From Longimicrobiales bacterium (GTDB taxonomy: Bacteria; Gemmatimonadota; Gemmatimonadetes; Longimicrobiales; Gaopeijiaceae): DNA of 64,000 nt. The position numbers and the translations under genes are program-made. The DNA lies in the NCBI GenBank assembly GCA_963664435.2, contig CAXXKM010000003.1:704001-768000 (forward strand), given 5' to 3'. Positions 38,547 to 48,975 of the stretch are shown here, piece by piece; the first letter of the stretch is position 1; each line of letters starts with the position of its first letter. The notes under the pieces were generated by a model. That model ran no database searches. It was not told where the DNA came from and saw only the letters and a list, made by a program, of their open reading frames with translations.

Positions 38547-40601
38547 CTACGACACCGGCCGATCCGGCGGCTCCACCTTCACCGACCAGAGCCCGGAATT
38601 GGTGTCCGAGAAGAACACGTGGCCCTTGAAGGGCATCGCGCTCCACACCATGGTCGAGTTGGGCACCCAGCCGTTCACGTCCGTGGACTTGTGCACGGCG
38701 ATTTCGCGGCCCTGGGTGTACAGGTTGCCCATCAGTTCGCCGGAAACGTCGACCACGCGCAGGCCGCCCTCGTAGTACGCCTGGTAGAGGATGTCGTCCT
38801 CCACCCAGATGTTGTGAGTGCCGTACTCGCTGACCTCGTAGCGGGCGACCATCTCCGGATTGTCGGGATCGGTGAAATCGATCACCTGGATGTAGCCCTG
38901 GGTCGCGAGCGGTATCCCGTTCATCCCGGTCTCGGGGTCATACGGCAGCTGGTACGTTCCGCCGCCCCGGGGGCCCGCGTTCGCGAGTCCCCTCCGCTGC
39001 ATGTTCTCGTCCCCGACGAACACGTAGAACCGGTCGCTGGATTGCGACCGGTAGGGGAAGATCGCGTGGGTCGTGCCGGTCGGCACCGCCAGTTCCGAGA
39101 TGAGCACCGGGTTTTCCGGGGTGCCCCCCCAGCGCCCGTTGCCAACGTCCACGGCCACCATGCCCTTCTCCCACTCGGCCGAGTAGGCGATGCCGTCGAG
39201 CACCCAGACGTCGTGGAGGCGGCTGTCGGGATGGTTGTACTCGCCGACCACGCGCGGGTTGTAGATGTCGGCGACATCGATGATGACGTACTTGTCGCCG
39301 GCTGCGAGCACGTAGGCGTAGTCGTCGTCGGGGAAGGCGTTGTGGACCCCGCCCGTGAGCCCCTCGACCACCTCGGAGGCGATCACGGGGTGGGCCGGGT
39401 CGGCCAGGTCGAGGAAGACCACCCCGTTGCGCCGGTTGGAGGCGCCTTCGCGGGTGAGGGTGGCGTAGCGGGCGTCGGGGGAGACCTTGACGTCGTTGAC
39501 GGCGCGGGCGTCCACCTGGAGGGAGTCGGTCTTGAAGATGTTGCCCGGGTCGGTGACATCCCACGCGTAGGCGTACCCGTCCGACATCTTGGCGCCCGTC
39601 AGCGCGTAGTCGCGGCCGTCGAGCCCCTCGAACACCCAGAAGTCCGTGGTGCGCACCGTGGCGGTGCTCCCCGTTCCCACCAGCGTGAGCTCGCGTACCG
39701 CGTCGCGGCCGACCGCCTGGAGGGTCGCGCGCGCCGACAGCGGACCCGCGTTGGCCACGATCGTGTACACGCCCGGCACGTCGGCGACGAAGCGGCCGCG
39801 CGCGATCTGGCCGGGCGCGCTGGGCGCGATCATGTCCGCGTCGGGCACGGCCGTGTGGGTCCAGGTGACGGGCACGTCGGCGACCACTTCGCCAGCCGCG
39901 TCGCGCGCTACCGCGCTGAGTTGCTGCACGTCACCGGTGCGCACCTCGTCGGCCAGCCCGGTGATGTCCAGCGAGACTGCGGGGAACGGGGCCACCTCGT
40001 AGGCGGCCGTGCCGGCCGTCCCCTCCACGTCGGCCCGGATGGTGACCGCACCCGTGCCGGTGGCGGTCACGTAGCCGAAACGGTCGACGGTGGCAACGGA
40101 CGGATCGGAACTGGACCACGACACGGCCGGGCCCGGCCGCACCGATCCGTCCACGTGGCGCGCGGTGGCGGTATGCCGGAGGGTGGTCCCCCGGTAGAGG
40201 CGGCCCGGTTCGGCGGTGACCTCCACAGTGGCGACCTCGGGAGCAAGCACGGTGAGCGGAACGCGCAGGCTGGGCGGCGTTCCTTCGTATCCGGGCGGCG
40301 TCAGCAGCGTCGCCACGATCTCGTACTCGCCCATCGTCCGTCCGCGGACCGTGCCCCCGCGCACGGTCGCCGCAGCCCGGGGCGCCACCGTACGCACCTG
40401 GGCGTCCGCCACCACGCGGCCCTGGGCGTCGAGAGCGCGCACCTCGAACGGGACTTCCTCACCCGTCATGACGACGACCGACGGCGGCGATGCCTCGAGC
40501 CGCACGACGCTCGCGGCGCCGGCTTGGGCGGATGCGCGCTCGGGCGCGTACGCGAACGTCGACAGGAAGGTCAAAACCGCGAGGACGGTCAGCCGCTGCA
40601 T
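38547..40601 (-). CDS. Secreted protein with Ig-like (Big_2) domains and LVIVD-repeat propeller
   Basis: Signal peptide MQRLTVLAVL, WSSSDPSVATVD, and repeated (W/L/I)D(V/L/F)(T/A)DP..P units with GGVHN, LHDVW, THAIF and THNIW. Confidence 0.8.
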   Translation of the reverse strand: MQRLTVLAVLTFLSTFAYAPERASAQAGAASVVRLEASPPSVVVMTGEEVPFEVRALDAQGRVVADAQVRTVAPRAAATVRGGTVRGRTMGEYEIVATLLTPPGYEGTPPSLRVPLTVLAPEVATVEVTAEPGRLYRGTTLRHTATARHVDGSVRPGPAVSWSSSDPSVATVDRFGYVTATGTGAVTIRADVEGTAGTAAYEVAPFPAVSLDITGLADEVRTGDVQQLSAVARDAAGEVVADVPVTWTHTAVPDADMIAPSAPGQIARGRFVADVPGVYTIVANAGPLSARATLQAVGRDAVRELTLVGTGSTATVRTTDFWVFEGLDGRDYALTGAKMSDGYAYAWDVTDPGNIFKTDSLQVDARAVNDVKVSPDARYATLTREGASNRRNGVVFLDLADPAHPVIASEVVEGLTGGVHNAFPDDDYAYVLAAGDKYVIIDVADIYNPRVVGEYNHPDSRLHDVWVLDGIAYSAEWEKGMVAVDVGNGRWGGTPENPVLISELAVPTGTTHAIFPYRSQSSDRFYVFVGDENMQRRGLANAGPRGGGTYQLPYDPETGMNGIPLATQGYIQVIDFTDPDNPEMVARYEVSEYGTHNIWVEDDILYQAYYEGGLRVVDVSGELMGNLYTQGREIAVHKSTDVNGWVPNSTMVWSAMPFKGHVFFSDTNSGLWSVKVEPPDRPVS

Positions 40602-40675
40602 GGCACGCTCCAGCTCGAGGAATCCGCAGGGGGACGATAACCCGGAAATCGGCGGGACCGCCAGAACTCCGCGGC

Positions 40676-42049
40676 CTATGCCACCCCCAGCCCGAACCGC
40701 AGTGCCTCCTCGATGGACGGGTGCAGGAACTCGTATCCCGTGCGTTCCGCCTTTGCCGGGAGGGCGCGCTGCCCGCCCAGGAGCACGGTCCGGCCCATCT
40801 CGCCCATCAGGGCATACACCGCCAACGACGGTACCGCCAGGAGGGTCGGCCGCCGGAGCACTCGGCCCAGCGCGCTCGCGAAGGTGGCGTTGGTGACCGG
40901 CAATGGAGCCGTAACGTTGACGGCTCCGCGAACCTGCGGGGTGACCATCGCGTGCAGGATGAGCCCGAGCGTATCGTCCAGGCCGATCCACGGGAAGTAC
41001 TGCCGCCCGCTCCCCAACCTACCTCCCGCCCCGGCCCGAAAGGCGGGCAGCATCAACTGGAGCGCGCCGCCATCCGGAGACAGCGCCACCCCCTGCCGCA
41101 GATGCACGACCCGGATCCCCGCGCGGCGCGCTGGTGCCGCGGCGAGTTCCCACGCCTTGCACACTTCGGCCAGAAAGCCCCGGCCCGGCCGGCTCTCTTC
41201 GGTGAGCTTCTCGTCGCCGCGATTGCCGTAGAATCCCACCGCGGAGGCGCACACGAGGACCCGCGGAGGCGGCGAAAGACGTGCCGCGGTGTGGGCGATC
41301 CACTCGGTGCCGTTCCTGCGCGACCGCAGGATCTCCTGCTTCTTCGCCGCCGTCCAGCGCGCGCCGACCAGGGGCTCGCCCGCAAGGTGCACGATCGCGT
41401 CCACGCCCTGGAGCCCGTCGTGATCCACCTTCCCCTGCGCGGGATTCCAGTACACGGCGCCGTCGCCGGCCTTGTTGCGTGAGCGCACCAGCCGCAGCAC
41501 GCGATGCCCGCCGGTGGTGAGGAAGTGCCGCAGGTTGCGCCCCAGAAAGCCCGAGCTTCCGCTGATGGCCACGGTGAGCGGCCGCCGCTGCCGATAGCGC
41601 CGGTGCAGGGCGAGATCGTTGGCCAGCCGTTGATGCCGGAAGGCAAAGCCCCGATCGAAGATGCGCTCGATCCTCCGCACGAACGGCGTCGCGTCCACGT
41701 TGAGCGGCGGACCCCAGTCGATCTCGTCCTCTACCCGGCTCCCGCTCTCGCCGTCCGATGAGAAGCGATGCGTGTGCACCCAGTGGCCGAAGGGCCCGCG
41801 CACCTGCTCGTCGCGAAACAGGACATCCTCCTCGTACGCCGTATGGCGGACCGTCCAGGCAACCTTCAGCGGCCCGGGTCCCGCCCGTACCGTGACCGTG
41901 CCGCCATCGGCGATACCGCCCTCGCGCGCCACCACGCGCACATTCTCCCACGGAGGAAGCAGACGCTCCAGGGCACCCGGGCGCATGTGCCACGCGAACA
42001 CCTCCGCGGGCGGATGCGGCAGACGATGGGTGCGCCGGAAGATGGCCAT
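40676..42049 (-). CDS. TIGR01777 family NAD-dependent epimerase-like protein with N-terminal SRPBCC domain
   Basis: N-part VFAWH.RPGA..RL.PPW and GPF..W.HTH. C-part ISGSSGFLG, ASAVGFYG and GFLAEVCKAWE. Confidence 0.9.
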   Translation of the reverse strand: MAIFRRTHRLPHPPAEVFAWHMRPGALERLLPPWENVRVVAREGGIADGGTVTVRAGPGPLKVAWTVRHTAYEEDVLFRDEQVRGPFGHWVHTHRFSSDGESGSRVEDEIDWGPPLNVDATPFVRRIERIFDRGFAFRHQRLANDLALHRRYRQRRPLTVAISGSSGFLGRNLRHFLTTGGHRVLRLVRSRNKAGDGAVYWNPAQGKVDHDGLQGVDAIVHLAGEPLVGARWTAAKKQEILRSRRNGTEWIAHTAARLSPPPRVLVCASAVGFYGNRGDEKLTEESRPGRGFLAEVCKAWELAAAPARRAGIRVVHLRQGVALSPDGGALQLMLPAFRAGAGGRLGSGRQYFPWIGLDDTLGLILHAMVTPQVRGAVNVTAPLPVTNATFASALGRVLRRPTLLAVPSLAVYALMGEMGRTVLLGGQRALPAKAERTGYEFLHPSIEEALRFGLGVA

Positions 42050-42065
42050 GATCGTGGCTACGGCA

Positions 42066-42740
42066 TCAGCCGCGCGGGGTTTCCACGGCGTTCCGGATCG
42101 CCGAGACCCCGGCAGCCACCCCCTGCGGATGCCCGTAGATGGCCGAGCCGGCGACGAGCACGTCCGCGCCCGCGCGGGCGACCCCAGGGGCCGTCGTGGC
42201 GTCGATCCCGCCATCGACCTCGAGCGCCGTGTCCTCTCCCCCGCAGGCGTTCAGCAGTTTGCGCGCCCGCGCCAGCGCGGCGAGCGCGGAGGGGATGAAG
42301 GCCTGTCCCCCGAATCCCGGGTTCACGGACATCACCAGCAGCAGGTCGATGTCGGGAAGGACGGGCGCCGCCGCGTCCACCGGGGTGGCCGGGTTGAGCG
42401 CCACCCCCGGGCGCACCCCCGCCGCGCGGATGCGCTGGATCGTCCGATGCAGGTGCGGACAGGCCTCCTGGTGCACCGTCAGGTAATCCGCCCCGGCGTC
42501 GGCGAACGCCTGGATGTAGCGGTCTGGCGCCTCAATCATGAGGTGCACGTCAACGGGCAGCCGGGTCGCGCGCCGCACTGCCTCCGTGATCGCCGGACCG
42601 ATGGTGATGTTGGGGACGAAGTGGCCGTCCATCACGTCGACGTGGATCCAGTCGACGCCGGCCTCCTCGGCTTCCACCACCTGCTCGGCCAGCCGCCCGA
42701 AGTCGGACGCCAGAATGGATGGGGCGATGCGAACCTTCAT
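42066..42740 (-). CDS. rpe: Ribulose-phosphate 3-epimerase
   Basis: IAPSILASDF, HVDVMDGHFVPNIT, MSVNPGFGGQ and EVDGG. Confidence 0.98.
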   Translation of the reverse strand: MKVRIAPSILASDFGRLAEQVVEAEEAGVDWIHVDVMDGHFVPNITIGPAITEAVRRATRLPVDVHLMIEAPDRYIQAFADAGADYLTVHQEACPHLHRTIQRIRAAGVRPGVALNPATPVDAAAPVLPDIDLLLVMSVNPGFGGQAFIPSALAALARARKLLNACGGEDTALEVDGGIDATTAPGVARAGADVLVAGSAIYGHPQGVAAGVSAIRNAVETPRG

Positions 42741-42873
42741 GCCGGCTGCCTCCTCAGCGTGTATCCCTGGACGCCGCAGTCGTCTCCCGCCCCGCCATTA
42801 TCACGATGCCGCATGCCCCGGCCTCCGGTCTTCCACCGCGGCCGCATGCCGATGCGCGGTCCGTGCAGGCCCA

Positions 42874-43581
42874 TCAACCCGTCCCGCCCGGATCGATCGT
42901 GCGCACGCCGCCGGGTGCTGCGACCAGGGCCCGGGTGGTCATCCCCAGAAACATTCCGTTCTCGACGACGCCCGCCCGCGCGCGCAGAGCCCCGTCCAGC
43001 GCCGCCGGATCATCGATGCCTTCCGGGAAGCGCGCGTCCAGAATGTAGTTGCCGTTGGACGTGACGAAACGGCTCCCGTCGGCGGCGCGGCGCAGTGTGA
43101 CCTCGGCCCCGAGCCCCGCCACGAAGGCCTGGTGCCGCGACGAGCCGAAGCGGGTCACCTCCACCGGCAGCGGGCTGCGGGTGCCGAGCCGCTCGACCAC
43201 CTTGCTCCCATCCACGATCACGATGAACCGGTCGGACGCCTGCGCCACGATCTTCTCGCGCAGCAGCGCACCCCCCAGCCCCTTGATCAGGTCGCCCCGC
43301 GGATCTACCTCGTCGGCGCCGTCGACGGTCAGATCGAGGCGCGGCTGTGCGCGCAGCCGCGATACCTGTATCCCGTGCCCGCGCGCGATCTTCGCCGTGC
43401 GCCGGGAGGTCGGCACCCCCACGACGTCATTCACCTCTCCCGCACGCACTCGCTCCCCGAGAAGGTCGAGGAAGAAGCGGATGGTGCTGCCCGTCCCAAG
43501 CCCCAGCACCATCCCGTCGCGGACGTTCTCGAGCGCGTGGGCGGCGGCGGCCCGCTTCAGGGCGTCGGTCTCGGCGGGCAT
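42874..43581 (-). CDS. rpiA: Ribose-5-phosphate isomerase A
   Basis: GLGTGST, DGADEVD and [14 protein letters not shown]. Confidence 0.97.
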   Translation of the reverse strand: MPAETDALKRAAAAHALENVRDGMVLGLGTGSTIRFFLDLLGERVRAGEVNDVVGVPTSRRTAKIARGHGIQVSRLRAQPRLDLTVDGADEVDPRGDLIKGLGGALLREKIVAQASDRFIVIVDGSKVVERLGTRSPLPVEVTRFGSSRHQAFVAGLGAEVTLRRAADGSRFVTSNGNYILDARFPEGIDDPAALDGALRARAGVVENGMFLGMTTRALVAAPGGVRTIDPGGTG

Positions 43582-43666
43582 GTCCCGGATGCGTGACCTC
43601 GCTGTGCGTCGTCGATAGTGAAAGTCGTCCGGATCGGAAGTAAACGCGGTCCGGACGCGAGTTCGC

Positions 43667-44566
43667 CTAGGACGGGAACCGGCTCAGGATCTCCTTCACC
43701 TGGCGCACGATGTCGAGCGCCTCCTCGAAGGGGCGCTGCCACATGTTGCGGCCGAAGATGAGGCCGGTGGCCCCGGACTCCATCGAGATCCTCACCTTGT
43801 CCAGCATGTCCTCGTCGGAGAGCTTGCTGCCGCCGCTCACCAGCACCATGGTGCGGCCCGCGGAGCGGAAGACGCGCCGCGCACCCTCCGCGTAGGTGTG
43901 GACGATCTCGGCATACTTGCCCGGCTGCGCAGGGTTGGGGCCGATCGCCGGCGGGATCACCAGCTTGGCGATGTCGGCGCCGAGCTCCAGTGCCGTGCGC
44001 GCCGCGTAGTCGACCGCGTAGAGCGAGGTCGCGCCTCCCTTCGCATCGATGGCCTCGCCGCGCGGATACGACCAGACCACCAGCGGCATCCCGAAGCGCT
44101 CGGAGTCCTGGCGCACCCGGCGCAACTGGGCGAAGTCGTCGTCCTGCCGCGGCGTGCCCACATAGAGCGTGTAGCCGACCGCGTCGGCCCCGATGCGCAC
44201 CGCGTCTTCGACGGTGGACGTGAGCGGCGAAAGCGCCTTGTTCGCCGGCGGTATGTTGGTCTTGCCGTTCAGCTTCAGGATGAGCGGCACCTGGCCCGCA
44301 TACTTCGGCATGTACTTGCGCGCGAGCCCGTAGTGGCAGGCGATCGCGTTGAAGCCGCCCTCGACCGCCAGCCGCCACTGGAATTCGGGATCCTGCGACG
44401 GGGGGTTGGGGAAGAAGTCGATCGGCCCGTGCTCGAGCCCCTGGTCGATGGGCAGGGCGAGCATGGTGCCGTTCCCGAGGCCGTGGCGGTAGAGGATCCG
44501 GTGGAGGCGCGCGCGCTTGCCGAGGTCGATGTCGAGGTCGTGGAGCGAGGGTCGGGTCGTCGTCAT
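43667..44566 (-). CDS. fbaB: Class I (DhnA/FbaB-type) fructose-bisphosphate aldolase
   Basis: [36 protein letters not shown] and FGRNMWQR. Confidence 0.9.
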   Translation of the reverse strand: MTTTRPSLHDLDIDLGKRARLHRILYRHGLGNGTMLALPIDQGLEHGPIDFFPNPPSQDPEFQWRLAVEGGFNAIACHYGLARKYMPKYAGQVPLILKLNGKTNIPPANKALSPLTSTVEDAVRIGADAVGYTLYVGTPRQDDDFAQLRRVRQDSERFGMPLVVWSYPRGEAIDAKGGATSLYAVDYAARTALELGADIAKLVIPPAIGPNPAQPGKYAEIVHTYAEGARRVFRSAGRTMVLVSGGSKLSDEDMLDKVRISMESGATGLIFGRNMWQRPFEEALDIVRQVKEILSRFPS

Positions 44567-44742
44567 GGAATCGTTGTGAAGGGGGCTGTCGTGACGGACG
44601 GGTTGACTATATTGGGGCGCCGAGCGCGCCCGGAATCTATTCGGACGCCACAGAAGCGGAAAGGCATTCGGACGCCCGGGAACCTCGTTCGCGGGCACTC
44701 ACGCAACCAGGCACGGGCACAGGCTTCGAATCGGAGAAGCAG

Positions 44743-45765
44743 ATGATTCTCGTTACCCGCAAGGGCATCACCGAGGAAGAACTCGACCACATCCGCGAAC
44801 GCGTGGAGTCGCTCGGGCTGCGCACGCACGTGTCGAGGGGCGAGACGCTCACCGTCGTGGGGTGCATCGGCGACGAAGGGCGTCTCCAGCACGTGCCCCT
44901 GCTCTCGATCCCGGGCGTGGTGGCCGCGCACCCGGTGATGAAGCCCTACAAGCTGGCCTCTCGGGAATTCGCGGCGGATCCGACCAGGATTCCCCTGGGC
45001 GGGGTGGAGGTCGGGGGACGCGGTGTGGTGGTGGTCGCCGGCCCCTGCTCGGTGGAGGGCGCCGACATGCTGCACGAGACCGCCGCGCGCGTTCGTGCCG
45101 CGGGGGCGCACGGCATACGCGGCGGCGCCTTCAAGCCCCGCTCGTCACCCTATTCCTTCCAGGGGATGGGCGAGCCGGGTCTGGAGTTGCTGGTGAACGT
45201 GCGCAAGACCCACGGACTCCCGATCGTAACCGAAGTCATGGACACCCGGCAGGTGGAGATGGTGGCGGGGTACGCCGACGTGCTCCAGATCGGCACCCGA
45301 AACATGCAGAACTTCAACCTGCTGACCGAGGTCGGAAGGGTGCACAGGCCGGTCCTTCTGAAGCGAGGCATGTCCGCCACCATCAAGGATCTGTTGATGT
45401 CGGCGGAATACATCATGCAGCAGGGCAACAGCCAGGTCATCCTGTGCGAGCGCGGCATCCGCACCTTCGAGACGATCACCCGCAACACCTTCGACCTGGC
45501 CGCCATACCGGTCCTGAAGAAGGAGACCCACCTGCCGGTGATCGCCGACCCCAGCCACGCGGGCGGACGGCGCGACCTGGTGGCGGCGCTGGCGTTCGCG
45601 GCCATCGCGGCCGGGGCGGACGGTCTCCTGGTGGAGGTGCACCCGAATCCCGAATCCGCGTGGTCGGACGGCGACCAGTCGCTGGACTTCGGGGAGTTCG
45701 AGCGGATGATGGGACAGCTGGCCCCGTTCGCGGAGGCCGCGGGAAGGACGCTGGTTGCGCTGTAG
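44743..45765 (+). CDS. aroF: DAHP synthase type I-beta (N-terminal regulatory domain)
   Basis: [32 protein letters not shown] and DPSH. Confidence 0.97.
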   Translation: MILVTRKGITEEELDHIRERVESLGLRTHVSRGETLTVVGCIGDEGRLQHVPLLSIPGVVAAHPVMKPYKLASREFAADPTRIPLGGVEVGGRGVVVVAGPCSVEGADMLHETAARVRAAGAHGIRGGAFKPRSSPYSFQGMGEPGLELLVNVRKTHGLPIVTEVMDTRQVEMVAGYADVLQIGTRNMQNFNLLTEVGRVHRPVLLKRGMSATIKDLLMSAEYIMQQGNSQVILCERGIRTFETITRNTFDLAAIPVLKKETHLPVIADPSHAGGRRDLVAALAFAAIAAGADGLLVEVHPNPESAWSDGDQSLDFGEFERMMGQLAPFAEAAGRTLVAL

Positions 45766-45807
45766 CTGCTGACAACCGTCGTCAGGATCGAGGCGTGAGA
45801 TGCTCGA

Positions 45808-47213
45808 TCAATCCGCTCCGAGCGCCTCCCGCGCCTGCTCCAGCTGCGCGGCCACCGCCTCGCGGCCCGTGCCTCCGCTCACCCCGCGCGCATCCGCGGA
45901 CCGGACCGGGTCGAAGACCTCCGCGACTCCGGGACCAAACGCCGAGTGTTCCTCCGCGAGCACGTCGGCGGACAGTTCCGCGATCGAGCAGCCGAGCGCT
46001 TCCGCACGGCGCACCACCCGCCCCACGACCTCGTGGCTGGTGCGGAAGGGCACGTCCTTCCTGACCAGGTAGTCGGCCAGATCGGTCGCCAGGAGCGCGG
46101 GATCCAGCGCGGCCCGCATGCGCGCGGGCCGGAAAGCCGCGCCGCCGATGGCCCCGGCCACGGCCGGCAGGGTGAGCTCCAGGGTGTCGACCGTGTCGTA
46201 AAGAGGGGCCTTGTCGTCCTGGAGGTCGCGGTTGTACCCGGTCGGCAGCCCCTTCAACTGGATCAACATGGAAACCAGGTTGCCCACCAGGCGCCCGCTC
46301 TTGCCGCGGGCGAGTTCGGCCACGTCGGGGTTCTTCTTCTGCGGCATCAGGCTCGAGCCGGTGCAGTAGCCGTCTGAGAGCTTCAGGAACCCGAACTCCT
46401 CGGAGGCGAAGAGCACCAGATCCTCGCACAGACGCGAGACATGCACCCCGATCATCGCCCCCGCGAACAGGACCGAGACGATCCAGTCGCGGTCGCCCAC
46501 CGCGTCCATGCTGTTGGGAGTCACGGAACGGAAGCCCAGCTCGCGGGCCATCGCGGCGCGGTCGACCGCGAAGGGGCACCCGCCGATGGCCCCCGCGCCC
46601 AGCGGCAGCACGGCGGCCTCGTCGGCGGCGGAGCGGAGGCGGGCCCGGTCGCGCACCAGCGGCCAGACGTGCGAGAGCGCCCAGTGGGCGGCGCGCACCG
46701 GCTGCGCCCGCTGCAGGTGCGTGTAGCCGGGCATCACCAGCTCCTGCGACTCGGCGGCAAGATCGACCAGGGCGCTGCCCAGCCGGACTACCTGACCGTC
46801 GAGAGAAGCCACAGCGTCCATGCCCCACAAACGCACGTCGGTGGCCGCCTGATCGTTGCGCGAACGGCCCGTGTGCAGCCTGGCGCCCGCCTCGCCCACC
46901 TCCTCGACGAGCAGCCGCTCCACCAGGGAGTGAATGTCCTCGTCCTCCACCGTGGCGGGATCGATCCCCTCGAGGCGGGTCGCCACCACCTCCAGGCCGG
47001 CGTCGATGTCCTGCCATTCCGCGTGGGTGAGGACGCCGGCGCGCACGAGCGCCCGCGCCCAGGTGCGGCTGGCGCGCACGTCCTGGCGCCAGAAGCGGAA
47101 GTCCACGTCCAGAGAACGGTTGAGGCGCGCCATCTCGGAGGCCATGGGCTCGGCGAAACGGCCGCCCCACAGCCCGTGGCCGGGACTGCCGGATCCTGTC
47201 GCGCCTGGGTCGG

Positions 47214-47217
<4 letters not shown>
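45808..47217 (-). CDS. argH: Argininosuccinate lyase
   Basis: LWGGRF, HTGRSRNDQ, GSSLMPQKKNPD and YNRDLQDDK. Confidence 0.98.
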
Positions 47218-48425
<1,208 letters not shown>

Positions 48426-48444
48426 GGTGTTTCCCTCTTCGTGA

Positions 48445-48894
48445 CTAGGGGCTTGCCTCGGCCCCCACGGCGTCGGCGACGAACCCGCGAATGACGTCCG
48501 GCTCGAAGCCGAGGCTGCGTCCGACCTCCTCGCCGTCGCGGAACAGCAGGATCGTCGGCACGCTGCGGATGGCGTAGCGCTGACACTGGTCGACGGAACG
48601 GTCGCTGTCGATCTTCACCACCAGGAGCCTCCCCCGCTCCGACGCCGCGATCTCGTCCAGAAGGGGAACGACCAGCTTACAGGGACCGCACCAGTCCGCG
48701 TAGAAGTCCGCGAGCACCGGTACGCCGGCCTCGAGCACGGTGGCCTCGAAGTCCTCAGCCTCGACCTTGACGGGCCGATCGATGAGGATCGGCCGCGAAC
48801 AGTTCCCGCACCTGGGCCCGGTACGCGCCTCCGCCAGATCGATCCGGTTCAGGGAGCCGCAGAACGCGCATCTCAGACTGGTGAAATCGCTCAA
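48445..48894 (-). CDS. trxC: Thioredoxin 2 (N-terminal Zn-finger)
   Basis: CAFC...NR...CGNC zinc ribbon and WCGPC active site. TTG start after GGAG. Confidence 0.9.
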   Translation of the reverse strand: MSDFTSLRCAFCGSLNRIDLAEARTGPRCGNCSRPILIDRPVKVEAEDFEATVLEAGVPVLADFYADWCGPCKLVVPLLDEIAASERGRLLVVKIDSDRSVDQCQRYAIRSVPTILLFRDGEEVGRSLGFEPDVIRGFVADAVGAEASP

Positions 48895-48975
48895 GGCCGG
48901 ATCTCCGCCGGGTGTGGCTCGCGTCAGGCCGGATCCCGCTTCCGGCTGCGCGCAAACGTTACCACGGGCGCACAC

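Noticed and set aside
42066..44566. rpe-rpiA-aldolase as a carbon-fixation (Calvin cycle) cluster
   Set aside because: No RuBisCO or phosphoribulokinase is present. Ordinary pentose phosphate metabolism next to aroF explains it.
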